Shown one piece after another: positions 1 through 9,662 of a stretch of DNA of 64,000 bases. Each line of letters begins with the position of its first letter. Position 1 is the first letter of the stretch. The stretch comes from a virus: IMG/VR virus record IMGVR_UViG_3300046499_000680, positions 1 to 64,000 of that record; one strand, written 5' to 3'. The translations under genes were made by a program, and so were the position numbers. Below the pieces are notes generated by a model. It was not told the DNA's origin. It worked only from the letters and a program-made list of their open reading frames with translations, and ran no database searches.

Positions 1-32
1 GGTACGAGGACGACCTGGATGCCGTCTGCCGG

Positions 33-395
33 ATGGGCGAGGTCACCTACGCCGTCCTCGACCAGTACCCGAAACGGGCCGTCGGCCGGATGACCGAGAC
101 CGAGCGCCGGGTCCTGGAGGACGGCGGGACCGAGGCCGTCCAGAAAGGATCGAGCCTCTACGTGCCGGTCAACCCGACCTATGTGGTCAGGGACCCGAAG
201 GCGATTCGGCTGGAGGGCGGCCTGTCGCTCGTCATCGGCCAGCGCGACGGCGACGGCGCGTTCGTCGCCAAGATGGTCTGCTTCCGCGAGACCGAGTTCA
301 CCGCGCTGGAGGCCGAGGAGCTGACGCTGCGCTGGGGCTTCCCGATCAAGCTGCCGGAGGACCCGCCCGCGCTTCCGTCCCCACCGGCCGAGTAG
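33..395 (+). CDS. hypothetical phage protein (may begin upstream of the window)
   Basis: ORF with high-GC3 codon usage, co-oriented with head genes. Confidence 0.6.
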   Translation: MGEVTYAVLDQYPKRAVGRMTETERRVLEDGGTEAVQKGSSLYVPVNPTYVVRDPKAIRLEGGLSLVIGQRDGDGAFVAKMVCFRETEFTALEAEELTLRWGFPIKLPEDPPALPSPPAE

Positions 396-572
396 TCTGC
401 TGCCGCGCCGACGCACCGGCCAGCGGTTGATAGGGAGACCGGGAAGCGTCGCGGGCGCGGCACGATCCTAGTCCGCTGAGTGCCGGAGCCGCTGCCGCCG
501 AGGCAGATGAAAGCGCGGCCACTTCTCCGGGGGGTTGAGGCAGGCCGTGGCCTCGGCGGGAGTGGCGCCCGA

Positions 573-606
573 CCGGCTTATCGTCCAACGCCAGTCGTAG
601 ATTAGG
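573..606 (+). promoter_or_regulatory. putative late promoter (CCGG-N19-CGTAGATTAGG)
   Basis: Variant of the CGTATATTAGG motif at 1178 and 7054; 4 nt upstream of ATG 611. Confidence 0.5.
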
Positions 607-610
607 TCCG

Positions 611-1939
611 ATGGGGAAGAAAATCGAGCCGACCTTCTTCGAGCGCGGGCAGAGCATCTTCCTGGTGGCCCCGGTCACCCCGCTGACCCCCGGCGCCGAG
701 GAGATCGAGCATTTCGCCTTCGCCGACCAGCTCAAAGCGACCGCGCCCAACGAGAACCTGCTGTGGCTGCGCGGCAACTACGTCGAGGCCGACAACCCCA
801 ACGCCAACGGCCACGTCTGGACGGCCGGGGAGCTGGGGATCAAGTCGCTGACCCCGATGTTCATGCCCGTCACGGTGATGCACGATCCCCGCACCGCCGT
901 CGGCCTGATCGCCGACACCGCGCTCAGGGTCCCCGAGAAAGACGACGTTCCACGCTCGCGCATCGAGACCGCGATGGCGCTTTGGCAGCACCGCTTCCCG
1001 GAAGTGTGCGAGGAGGCGATGACCAACTACAAAGCCGGATCGCTCATGCAGTCGATGGAGTGCCGGTCCCCCTGGTACACCTGCGCCGAGTGTGGTGAAA
1101 GTTTCCCGAAGCTCCTAGATGGTGCGGAGCGGAAGAACTGGTGTCAGCACATGCAGGCGTCGGACGGACATGGCGCTCGTATATTAGGAGATGTCACGTT
1201 CACCGGCACCGGACTCATCTTCGGAACGCGGGGGGCGAGAGGGGCTTACGACCAGGCCCACCTGGAGGTTTTCCAGGACGAGGTAGCAGAGTTTCACCAC
1301 AAGGCGCAGCACGACCGGCCAAGGAGAAAGAGGACTTCTACGATGGACCCAATCGAGATCAGTCGCGAGGAGTACGCCGAACTTCAGAAGCGCCCGACTC
1401 CCGAGGAGCTGGCGGCCGAGAAACTGCGCGCCGACAACGCGGAGACCGCCAAGGCCGAGGCCGAGCAGAAGGCCGAGGAGAAAGAGGCGGAGGCCCAGCG
1501 CGAGAAGGACCGCGCGGACGCCGCCGAGGCGAAAGTCACCGCCGCCGAGGAGGACAAGGCGAAGGACGACCTCGCCAAGGAGCGCCTGGGCAAGCTCGGC
1601 CAGGGCTTCCTCGCCAAGGTCGGCGACTTCACCCGCAGCCGGGTCGAGGACCAGGCGCGCACCCTCTCCGAGGAGGACTGGGAGGCTCGCCTGAAGGAAC
1701 TGGAGGAGTCCACGCAGGTCGCCCGCGACGAGGGCGGCCCGGCGGCTCCGGCCGACGAGGGGGCCAGCACGCCCCCGAGCGGTGGCGGCGCCAAACCGGG
1801 GGAGTTCTCCCGCGAGGAGGTCGCCCGCGCCCACGCCGGTAACGGCGGCGGTCCGAGCGGCGAGGAGCCGACCCCGGAGAAGCGCACCAGCGTCATGCGG
1901 GGCCTCATGCCCTCGAAAACCCCGACGGCGGCCGAGTAG
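611..1939 (+). CDS. prohead protease / scaffold fusion
   Basis: N-terminal globular domain (NANGH, SMEC, CxxC), C-terminal E/K/A-rich coiled coil; directly upstream of decoration and capsid genes. Confidence 0.75.
   Translation: MGKKIEPTFFERGQSIFLVAPVTPLTPGAEEIEHFAFADQLKATAPNENLLWLRGNYVEADNPNANGHVWTAGELGIKSLTPMFMPVTVMHDPRTAVGLIADTALRVPEKDDVPRSRIETAMALWQHRFPEVCEEAMTNYKAGSLMQSMECRSPWYTCAECGESFPKLLDGAERKNWCQHMQASDGHGARILGDVTFTGTGLIFGTRGARGAYDQAHLEVFQDEVAEFHHKAQHDRPRRKRTSTMDPIEISREEYAELQKRPTPEELAAEKLRADNAETAKAEAEQKAEEKEAEAQREKDRADAAEAKVTAAEEDKAKDDLAKERLGKLGQGFLAKVGDFTRSRVEDQARTLSEEDWEARLKELEESTQVARDEGGPAAPADEGASTPPSGGGAKPGEFSREEVARAHAGNGGGPSGEEPTPEKRTSVMRGLMPSKTPTAAE
1170..1190 (+). promoter_or_regulatory. 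intragenic 21-nt repeat ATGGCGCTCGTATATTAGGAG, putative late promoter
   Basis: Exact copy at 7046-7066. Confidence 0.6.
1343..1939 (+). CDS. nested in-frame scaffolding protein (internal start)
   Basis: In-frame ATG preceded by AAGGAG/GAGGA SD-like sequence at start of coiled-coil region. Confidence 0.55.
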   Translation: MDPIEISREEYAELQKRPTPEELAAEKLRADNAETAKAEAEQKAEEKEAEAQREKDRADAAEAKVTAAEEDKAKDDLAKERLGKLGQGFLAKVGDFTRSRVEDQARTLSEEDWEARLKELEESTQVARDEGGPAAPADEGASTPPSGGGAKPGEFSREEVARAHAGNGGGPSGEEPTPEKRTSVMRGLMPSKTPTAAE

Positions 1940-1980
1940 TACGGACCACCTGAGAGACCAGGAACAGGAGAAACGAACCA

Positions 1981-2526
1981 ATGACGCCGATCGTTAACCA
2001 GACCGCAGGTCCGTACCCCCTTACCGGCGTCGGCAAACTGCCGAACGTCACCCTCGCTTTCAACGACGGCGACCACTGGTCCAACCGCTTCGCGTCCGGC
2101 AACATCACCCCCGGCGTCGCCGTAGTCCCGGCCGCCAGCGCGGGGAAACTGTTCATGCGGACGGCCAATTCTTCCGACCCGGCCACCCAGCTCGCGATCG
2201 CGCTGCGGACGGTGGACGTGCCCGACCCGAACACCGGGCCGACGGCGCTGGGGCCGAACGAAATCCGCAACCAGGTCATCAAAGACGGGGAATACGTCCA
2301 CGCTTACTACAGGGGCGTGTTCCACCTGACTCTGGTGACCCCGGCGGCCTACAACCCCGGCGACCTGATCGGCTGGGATGCCGACGGTGCCCGGCCGAGC
2401 GGCAAGGAAGGTACGGGGGCCTGGGCGAAAAACTCTGCGGCCGACATCGACTCGATCTTCGAGGTGATGGAGTTCCGCAAAGTGAACGCAGAAAACGAGG
2501 GCATCCTGACCGTGAGGAAGCTCTAG
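1981..2526 (+). CDS. capsid decoration/cement protein
   Basis: 181 aa beta-rich ORF between scaffold and capsid, AGGAG RBS. Confidence 0.6.
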   Translation: MTPIVNQTAGPYPLTGVGKLPNVTLAFNDGDHWSNRFASGNITPGVAVVPAASAGKLFMRTANSSDPATQLAIALRTVDVPDPNTGPTALGPNEIRNQVIKDGEYVHAYYRGVFHLTLVTPAAYNPGDLIGWDADGARPSGKEGTGAWAKNSAADIDSIFEVMEFRKVNAENEGILTVRKL

Positions 2527-2562
2527 TCGGCGGCTGAGGCCGAGAAAAGGACAAGGAGAACG

Positions 2563-3501
2563 ATGGACGCACTGATCTTCGACACGCTCAGCCGCATCAA
2601 CGCCGAGGAGGACACGGCGAAACGGGATGCCATGAAGCGGGAATGCAACGCCGACCTCGGCTCGCACTTCTCGCGCCACCCCTCCGAGCTGGAGGAGCTG
2701 GCCTACGACCTCCTGAACATCGCCTGGAGCGATGCGATGGTCGAGGACATCGTGCCTCAGATCATCGAGGTGAAAACGGTCGGTCTCGGCGAACCGGACT
2801 TCGTGGACGAGGACCTGCGTGGTCTTCGTGCCTACTGGCAGGGCAAAGGCGGCCAGATTCTCAGCGACATCATCCGCTACGAGCGGACCGTGATGCCGCG
2901 CGAGGAGATGGTGACCGCGCTCGACTTCCACCAGGACGAGATCAGCCTGGACTTCTGGGGCACCTTCGACAAGCTCGTCGGCCAGGCCCAGGAAAAGATC
3001 AGGCAGCTCCCGGTCACCCGGCTGATCGAACTGATCCAGGCGTCCATCCAGGGCGGGACCTTCTTCGGCTCCTTCGCCCTCTCCACCCTCACCGCAACGC
3101 AGGTGGACTCGGTGCTGGAGGAAGTTGCCCTCCGCTCCGACGGCGACGTGTCGATCCTCGGCACCCGGACCGCCGTGCGCCACCTCTCGAACATCGGCCT
3201 CACGTTCGGGATCAACGTCGCGGAACGCATCTTCAACACCGGCCAGGTCGGTCAGTACAAGGGCTACCCCGTCGTCCAGGTGGAGAACTTCCAGGACTTC
3301 GCGGGCACCTTCGTCCTGCCGAACAACGAAATCTGGCTCGTCGGCAAACGCGCCGGGCGGCTCACCTACTTCGGCGACACCGCCAAGGTGCAGCAGCTCC
3401 AGAAAGAGTCCTTCTACCGGCGCTGGGAGACCGGCCGCGACGCGGGAATGCTCCTCTACGGGGCGCAGCGCGGGCGCATCGGCCGGATCGTCCTGACCTA
3501 G
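2563..3501 (+). CDS. major capsid protein
   Basis: 312 aa, AAGGAG RBS, synteny, GQYKGYPVV motif typical of HK97-fold capsids. Confidence 0.75.
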   Translation: MDALIFDTLSRINAEEDTAKRDAMKRECNADLGSHFSRHPSELEELAYDLLNIAWSDAMVEDIVPQIIEVKTVGLGEPDFVDEDLRGLRAYWQGKGGQILSDIIRYERTVMPREEMVTALDFHQDEISLDFWGTFDKLVGQAQEKIRQLPVTRLIELIQASIQGGTFFGSFALSTLTATQVDSVLEEVALRSDGDVSILGTRTAVRHLSNIGLTFGINVAERIFNTGQVGQYKGYPVVQVENFQDFAGTFVLPNNEIWLVGKRAGRLTYFGDTAKVQQLQKESFYRRWETGRDAGMLLYGAQRGRIGRIVLT

Positions 3502-3507
3502 GAGACC

Positions 3508-3539
3508 TAGCGCGGCGTCGTCGTCTGGCGGCGCCGCTA
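3508..3539 (+). terminator. hairpin after major capsid gene
   Basis: CGGCGTCGTC-gtct-GGCGGCGCCG stem, no U tract. Confidence 0.4.
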
Positions 3540-3582
3540 CGGTGAGGCGGCAACGGTCCAGACACGCTCAGGAGGAGTACAC

Positions 3583-4098
3583 ATGCCACAGGCCAAGACC
3601 GAGTTCAAGAACGCTTCGCCGGGGATCATCGGGGTCGTCACCCTCGAACCCGGTGGCAAAGAGGTCGCGATCCCCGTCAAACCCGGCGCCAGCGTCTGGC
3701 TCTCGGAGGACGAGCAGATCGCCACCGCCAACGCGCCCCAGCGCGACGAGGACAACCCCTTCATCAACGGCCAGCTCGTCAAGATCACCGACGCCGCCGA
3801 CATCAAAAACCGGCGGCCGATCGGCGACAACGCGGAGTCGCCGGAGGCGGCCGAGCAGAAGCGCGTCGCCGAGGAGAACGCGGCCCGGCTGAAAGCCGAG
3901 AACGAGGAGCAGGCCAAAACGGAGGCCGCCCGCCTGGCAGAGGGCCAGAAACAGGCCGCCGCCGGAGGGAAAGCGCCGCCGCCGCGCCAGGCCCCCGAGG
4001 AGACCGGCGCCGCTCCACAGCCCCAGGGCGCGACGGCCGAGGGCAGCCGCGCAGCGGGCGAGGAGGTCGGCACGCCGGAGGCGGTCGGGAAAGCGTAG
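3583..4098 (+). CDS. hypothetical head-region protein
   Basis: GGAGGAG RBS; low-complexity C-terminus. Confidence 0.7.
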   Translation: MPQAKTEFKNASPGIIGVVTLEPGGKEVAIPVKPGASVWLSEDEQIATANAPQRDEDNPFINGQLVKITDAADIKNRRPIGDNAESPEAAEQKRVAEENAARLKAENEEQAKTEAARLAEGQKQAAAGGKAPPPRQAPEETGAAPQPQGATAEGSRAAGEEVGTPEAVGKA

Positions 4099-4104
4099 GT
4101 CTGA

Positions 4105-4758
4105 ATGGGCATCGCCTGTTTCCTCATCAAGCAGGGGCCGCAGGCGAAGCGCAGCCTTCGACGCTTTCACTTCGCCGAGGAGGGCGAGGAGTTCTGTCCC
4201 GGCACCGAGCGCAGCTACCACACTGCCTCGATCGAGATCGGGACCGTCCCCCTGGTCCTCGCCGAGCATGGCATGATCGCCTCGCTCGATCCCGCCGACT
4301 TCGCCGGGGACGAGCGCTGGCCGGTCACCTGCGAGAAGTGCCCCTACATCTTCACCGCCGAGGACCAGTGGCAGGTCAACCAGGACCCGATCTACCACGC
4401 CGACGACGGCCGCGAGATGACGCTGCGCGAGGCCCCGCCCGGCGCGATCTGGGAGGCGACCTGGATGGGCCGGGAGCATTGGGGCATCAACGGCGGCACC
4501 GGCCCGGCCTACGTCATCAAGCTCCCCAACGGCGCCGACTTCATCCCCGGCTCGGAGGCCAACAACTGCGACCGCAAAGGCGACGACCACGACTGCTGGT
4601 GCGTCCACGGCGAGGCGCCGGGCCTGACGATCGACAAGAACCCTGAGCCGGGCCGCTCGACCTGCTCGGCGGGCGGCGGCTCGATCTGGAGCGGCCAGGG
4701 CGGCGGCCCCGGCAAGGAATGGCATGGCTTCGTCACCGCCGGGGAGCTGGTCGGCTGA
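4105..4758 (+). CDS. Cys/His-rich hypothetical protein (DUF6527-like C-terminus)
   Basis: CEKC, HDCWCVHG and terminal WHGFVTAGEL motif. Confidence 0.55.
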   Translation: MGIACFLIKQGPQAKRSLRRFHFAEEGEEFCPGTERSYHTASIEIGTVPLVLAEHGMIASLDPADFAGDERWPVTCEKCPYIFTAEDQWQVNQDPIYHADDGREMTLREAPPGAIWEATWMGREHWGINGGTGPAYVIKLPNGADFIPGSEANNCDRKGDDHDCWCVHGEAPGLTIDKNPEPGRSTCSAGGGSIWSGQGGGPGKEWHGFVTAGELVG

Positions 4759-5357
4759 TGGGGCCGGTCACCGATCTCAGCGACGTTCGGGTCCTGATCC
4801 CGCGCATGCGCCGCGCGCTCGACGGGCCGGAAGCAACCGGCTCGGCGGCGGTGTCGGCGAAACTCAGCGACGACCAGGTGACGGCCGTGATCGCCGACGC
4901 GATCGCCGACGTGATCTTCTACAGCTCCGGCGCCTTCCCCCACAAGCTCGAAGTGGTCGAACGCGACACCGCCTACATGGCGCCGAGCGCCTGGAAGACC
5001 GACACGCCGATGTCCGAGGACGAGCAGTCCGTCATCGTCGCCCAGGCCGCCCTCAACTACTTCCTGAACAGCCTCTCGAACCTGAAATCCAGCGAGACCC
5101 TGAAAGAGGCCGACCGCGAATGGACCTGGGCCATCTCGGCGTCGGCGCTGGCCGAACGGGTCAAAGAGCTGCGCGCCCAGCGCGACAAAGCGGTCGAACT
5201 GCTCACCGCCCAGAACGTCATCGCCGAGGCGTGGATCAACACCCTCGAAGTGCGCGACCGCTACACCGACATGCTGATCGAGCCGTACCTGTCGAACATG
5301 GGCTTCTCGACCGGGATGGGCGGGAACGAATTCGACCCGCCGCTCGGGGGGCCGTAG
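4758..5357 (+). CDS. putative head-tail connector/adaptor
   Basis: TGATG overlap start; helical; synteny. Confidence 0.55.
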   Translation: MGPVTDLSDVRVLIPRMRRALDGPEATGSAAVSAKLSDDQVTAVIADAIADVIFYSSGAFPHKLEVVERDTAYMAPSAWKTDTPMSEDEQSVIVAQAALNYFLNSLSNLKSSETLKEADREWTWAISASALAERVKELRAQRDKAVELLTAQNVIAEAWINTLEVRDRYTDMLIEPYLSNMGFSTGMGGNEFDPPLGGP

Positions 5358-5819
5358 ATGGAACCGGACCTGGCAGGCTTCCGCGACGCCAGCGTGCGCC
5401 TGCGGGGCGCGATGGGGCGCCCGCTCTGGTACATGACGCCGACGCCGACCACCTGGCCGCCGGGGACGGCGCTGGACCCCCAGAGCGGCCAGCCCTACGA
5501 CCCCACGATCGTGCCGCTGGCCTCCGGCTTCACCTCGGCGTCGGCGCAGACGCTGGTGGTCCTGCCCGGCGCCACCGACCGCGCGGCGAAGGACATCGAA
5601 GCTGCGATCGGCCGGATCGAGGAGGGCGAAGCCGCGCTTGTTATCGGCTCGGATGATTGGCAAAAACTTTCCCTGGAAGATGCAACGGGAGTTGTGATTT
5701 ACGACGACGACTGGGAGCTACGCGACGCGCGCTTCGATTCCGTCGGCGGCGCCGGGGATGCTGATCGGGTGATCGTGCATGCAGTTCAACGTTCACGAAC
5801 TATGAATCAGGGTTCGTAG
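5358..5819 (+). CDS. putative head closure/stopper protein
   Basis: Size, beta-rich, synteny. Confidence 0.5.
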   Translation: MEPDLAGFRDASVRLRGAMGRPLWYMTPTPTTWPPGTALDPQSGQPYDPTIVPLASGFTSASAQTLVVLPGATDRAAKDIEAAIGRIEEGEAALVIGSDDWQKLSLEDATGVVIYDDDWELRDARFDSVGGAGDADRVIVHAVQRSRTMNQGS

Positions 5820-5822
5820 ATC

Positions 5823-6302
5823 GTGATCCAGCGCAGCCAAAAGGTCGAACAGTCGGTCCAGGACTACCTCCGGGGCCTGATCTTCGGCGCCCAGAAATAC
5901 CCCGAAACGCAGGTCGAGCTGCTGGATGCCTGGGACGGGGAAAAGTTCGAGGGGGGCCTGGAGAAGAACTACATCGCGATGGGGTTCAACTTCGATGACG
6001 GTGGCAAAGAGGGCGAGACCGGCTCGAACCTCGTCCGCAAGCTCGTCACGATCGAGTTCTTCGTCGTCGCCAAGAACGCCACCTGGGGCCGCAACCTCTC
6101 GTCTGCGATCACGACGGCGCTGGAGTCCGATCGAGTGGTGCCGCTGAAGGACATCGGTGAACCCGGCGAGCCGGTCTTCGACGCCCTCCCCGTCATCAGC
6201 GTGTCCTCCGAGCATCAGCCCGTGGCCGATCCCAAACCGTGGCAGCGCTTCATCTGGACGGTTCACCTTCGGCTGGAGGATGAATACCTGGTGGTGCTGT
6301 AG
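5823..6302 (+). CDS. putative tail terminator
   Basis: 159 aa, synteny before major tail gene. Confidence 0.5.
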   Translation: MIQRSQKVEQSVQDYLRGLIFGAQKYPETQVELLDAWDGEKFEGGLEKNYIAMGFNFDDGGKEGETGSNLVRKLVTIEFFVVAKNATWGRNLSSAITTALESDRVVPLKDIGEPGEPVFDALPVISVSSEHQPVADPKPWQRFIWTVHLRLEDEYLVVL

Positions 6303-7046
6303 ATGGCCGACCCCTACCAGGGACCTTTCGAGGTCGGGGGCGGCGACGGCAGTGACTATTTCGTCGTGCTGCCACCGGAGCCGCTGCTGATCGACGCTTT
6401 CCTGACTCTGGAGAAGGCCCGCGTCGAGGCGCTGAAGAACCCCGACCGGGTGGAGGGTCGCGCCCAGGCCGCCGCCATCTCCCTCGTCATCGCGCAGGTT
6501 GGCGCCGACGTGGAGGCCGCCGCCATCCTCACCGCCAAAGAGGCCGAGGACATGATCCGGTCCCGCATCCACGCCACGCAGAAGCGTCCTGACCCCCCTG
6601 GTAAGTCTGCGGCCAAACGACTCAAGAGTGCGATCGTGGCACGCGCACTTCCCACGGTACTGCCGGGAGGCGGTGTCGGTGTGGGTGACATCTCGACCCT
6701 GAATGAAGTCGCCGACGCCCAGGGCCGTGCGTACTGGCGGGCGCAGGAGTTCGGTTCCTCGCACCTCGTCGGCCGGACCTTGCCCGGCTTCTTCCAGCCC
6801 GGCAACTCCCCGGCGGGCGCGGCGCCGTCGAGGACCCACCCGATCTTTGAAGTGACCAGCGGGCCGCCGATGACGATCCAGAACCCCATCCCCGAGCGGG
6901 CCTTCCTGCGCGAGGGCGCGGCGCTCGCCGAGGCGTTCCGCCAGCGGACGCTGGGCAGTGCGGTGGTGGGTGGAATCGGCGAGCTGCGCAAAATCGCCGC
7001 CGGAGCCTCTGCGAACCTGCCTGCGTTGCGCCGGATCGTTCGGTGA
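6303..7046 (+). CDS. putative tail completion/neck protein (HK97 gp10-like)
   Basis: YWRAQEFGS and PIPERAFLR motifs. Confidence 0.55.
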   Translation: MADPYQGPFEVGGGDGSDYFVVLPPEPLLIDAFLTLEKARVEALKNPDRVEGRAQAAAISLVIAQVGADVEAAAILTAKEAEDMIRSRIHATQKRPDPPGKSAAKRLKSAIVARALPTVLPGGGVGVGDISTLNEVADAQGRAYWRAQEFGSSHLVGRTLPGFFQPGNSPAGAAPSRTHPIFEVTSGPPMTIQNPIPERAFLREGAALAEAFRQRTLGSAVVGGIGELRKIAAGASANLPALRRIVR

Positions 7047-7066
7047 TGGCGCTCGTATATTAGGAG
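7031..7066 (+). promoter_or_regulatory. putative late promoter (CCGG-N19-CGTATATTAGG)
   Basis: Intergenic copy of the 21-nt repeat upstream of major tail operon. Confidence 0.6.
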
Positions 7067-7090
7067 TGCAAGGCGAAGCAGGTAACAGGC

Positions 7091-7366
7091 ATGGACAGAG
7101 CCGAATACGTTCACAAACGCAAGAACCGATACATGGCTCAGTTCCTCGATTACTTCGAGGAGCATTGTGAGCCAAGGCTTCCGGCCGATGTGTCGGAAAA
7201 AGTCAAGATCGAAGCCCGGCGGAAATTCACTGCACTAGCTACGGACGTTTGTGAGCTGATCGAACTGAAAGACGAGGCGATGAACGGATTTGCGCGTGAC
7301 ATGAGGGACCAGGCCGAGAGGGCCGCCACCGCGCCTGCCGGTAGTCGCGACGAGGCCAGGAGCTAA
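7091..7366 (+). CDS. hypothetical protein
   Basis: 91 aa ORF filling the gap before major tail gene. Confidence 0.6.
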   Translation: MDRAEYVHKRKNRYMAQFLDYFEEHCEPRLPADVSEKVKIEARRKFTALATDVCELIELKDEAMNGFARDMRDQAERAATAPAGSRDEARS

Positions 7367-7369
7367 CTC

Positions 7370-8614
7370 ATGTCGATTCGCGCAGGCAGCATCCTTCATC
7401 TCAGCGGCAACAACGTCATCGACCGCATCCAGCAGGCGGGTCTCGGGAACGTCAATCTCCCGATCGAGACCATCCGCGAGGTCGGCAACCGTCTGGTCGT
7501 GGACAAGATTCCGCAGGAGCCAGACTTCACCTTCTCCATGCAGGACCTCGATGTCTCGACCGACATCATGGCCTGGCTGACCGGCGCAGCGCCCGGCGGC
7601 AGCGGCTCGGCAGCCGCGCCCGGCGCCAGCGACCCGGAAGGCACGCAGTACAACTGGGTCGATTGCATCATGGTGAACATCCCGTCGCCCTGGAAGAAAC
7701 CGGAGAGCGGTTCGGCCGGGGTCATCGAGGCGGGCCACCTGATCCCCGGCTACTACCCCACCAAAGTCTCCTACAACTTCGGCGTCACCGACAACGCCAA
7801 CCAGACCGTCGAACTCTCCGGCGGCAGCTTCTACTACGGGAAAGGCTGCCCCCGCGAGGAGGACTTCGCAGGCAACGGGGCGACCAAAGCCTTCCTGACC
7901 TCCGAGCTGGCGGTCCACACCCGGCGCGGCGGCGCGGAAGGGACGGACTTCCGGTCGGTCTTCGGCGTCATCGTGGACGGCGAACTCCAGACCGAAGGCG
8001 TGGACTACACGGTCACGGGCGGGGCGGAATTCCCCGGCTCGACCGCCACGGTCACCTTCACCACGGCCCCCGAAAACGGCGCCGACATCCGCATCGCCTA
8101 CTTCACCTCGGTGGCCCATTCCTTCCCGCAGTCGGTCCACGCCAGCACGCTGACCAAGCCGGGCGCCGTCCGGGGCCGGAACATCCGGGTCCTGGTGGAC
8201 GGCGTTCGCATCGGCGGCATCCAGACGGCCACCCTCGAAGGGACCGTCGAAGGCGAAGTCGAACGCGAGCTGGGGACGGAAGACATCACCGGCCGCGTCG
8301 TCAACGGGACCGACACGAATGGCACCCTGACCATCCGCTCCAAGAACAAAGCCGCCTTCTTCTCCGTGATGAAAGCGCTCACCGGAGTGGACGGCGAAAA
8401 AGAGGTCTGGGGCTGGTTCAACAACAACACCGTCAAACTCGAAATCCAGATCGAGAACCCGAAGGACCCCAGCAAAATCATCAAGACCCTTCTGGTGGAA
8501 GACGCGAAGTTCCAGCCTCCCGGTACGCCTGCCCAGGTGAACCAGGCCACGGACTTCGCCTTCAACTTCAGCTCGGTGGAGGGCACCTTCGCCGAGGTCA
8601 AGGGCAAACCGTAG
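7370..8614 (+). CDS. major tail (tube) protein with inserted beta/Ig-like domain
   Basis: 414 aa; G-x-G-x-T-x-x-F ... V-x-V-D-G ... DYTV ... VTFTTAP insert; upstream of chaperone and tape measure. Confidence 0.75.
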   Translation: MSIRAGSILHLSGNNVIDRIQQAGLGNVNLPIETIREVGNRLVVDKIPQEPDFTFSMQDLDVSTDIMAWLTGAAPGGSGSAAAPGASDPEGTQYNWVDCIMVNIPSPWKKPESGSAGVIEAGHLIPGYYPTKVSYNFGVTDNANQTVELSGGSFYYGKGCPREEDFAGNGATKAFLTSELAVHTRRGGAEGTDFRSVFGVIVDGELQTEGVDYTVTGGAEFPGSTATVTFTTAPENGADIRIAYFTSVAHSFPQSVHASTLTKPGAVRGRNIRVLVDGVRIGGIQTATLEGTVEGEVERELGTEDITGRVVNGTDTNGTLTIRSKNKAAFFSVMKALTGVDGEKEVWGWFNNNTVKLEIQIENPKDPSKIIKTLLVEDAKFQPPGTPAQVNQATDFAFNFSSVEGTFAEVKGKP

Positions 8615-8723
8615 GGAAGTCAGCGGTGACATAGCGGCCGTGCAGTGAGGCCGCGTACATGGATCAGCGCTCCCCTCGGAGCAACAGGCAAGGCAAAGCG
8701 AAACACACAGGAGGAGGAGTTCC

Positions 8724-9662
8724 ATGTCCGACACCGCAGATACCCAGACCGCAGCACCGATCGCCGAGGCGCCCGCGCCCGGCGATCAGACCGTGCCCGC
8801 CGCCGAGTCCCCCGAGGCCCCGCCGGTACCGGAGCAGACGACCGGCGAAACTCGCAACTCCAGTCAGATGTTCGAGTTCAGCCGCTACGTCCACGTCGGT
8901 CCCGGCGCCGACGAGTGCGAGGACGGAGAGAACGGCCAGTGTCAGAACCCGGTCCACTTCCACGCTTGGATCAGGCTCCCGAACCAGTTCCAGGTGGTCA
9001 GCCTGAAGGAGAAGGCCGACGCCGCCGCCGCCCGCAAGATGCGGGTCCTGCGCGACGAGGAGGCCGACTCGCGCGCGATCCTGGAGGGCGAGCTGGCAGA
9101 GCTGGAGCGCCAGAACGATCACGGCGGCCTGGTCGAACAGGTCATCAACGCCGACTTCCTGAAGGACCACATGGCGGCGATGACCACCGTGCGGACCGAC
9201 GAGGAGCGCGGCTTCACCACGATCGAAGACGACCGCGAGCGGCTGCGTGCCCTCGAACTGATCCCGGCCGAGGACCGGCCCGACGAGGAGTTCGATGAGT
9301 TGCAGAAGCACGTCGGCGCCTACGTCGATGCGGTCAACGCCGAGCGCGAGGAGATTCAGCGCCCGCTGAAGGAGTCGCTGGAGGCGAAGTCGCTGGACGA
9401 ACTGATCGACCTGGTGCGGGAGAACCGCATCCAGGGCATCTCGAAAGAAGCCTCCGAGGAGGCGTACGCGGTGTGGCAGTGGTACATCTGCACCCTCCAG
9501 CCGAAGGACCCGGCAAAACCCGGCTTCCCGCAGGACCGGGTGTACGGCTCGATCGACCACCTGAAGGCCGCCGCGCCCGAGGTCATCCTGGCCTTGCGCG
9601 AAGGCTTCCAGGACATCGAAGCCGCCGCCGGGAGGTCACTTCAAACCGCTGTTAACGGATGA
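8724..9662 (+). CDS. tail assembly chaperone (G-like)
   Basis: GGAGGAG RBS; acidic helical; between major tail and tape measure genes. Confidence 0.7.
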   Translation: MSDTADTQTAAPIAEAPAPGDQTVPAAESPEAPPVPEQTTGETRNSSQMFEFSRYVHVGPGADECEDGENGQCQNPVHFHAWIRLPNQFQVVSLKEKADAAAARKMRVLRDEEADSRAILEGELAELERQNDHGGLVEQVINADFLKDHMAAMTTVRTDEERGFTTIEDDRERLRALELIPAEDRPDEEFDELQKHVGAYVDAVNAEREEIQRPLKESLEAKSLDELIDLVRENRIQGISKEASEEAYAVWQWYICTLQPKDPAKPGFPQDRVYGSIDHLKAAAPEVILALREGFQDIEAAAGRSLQTAVNG

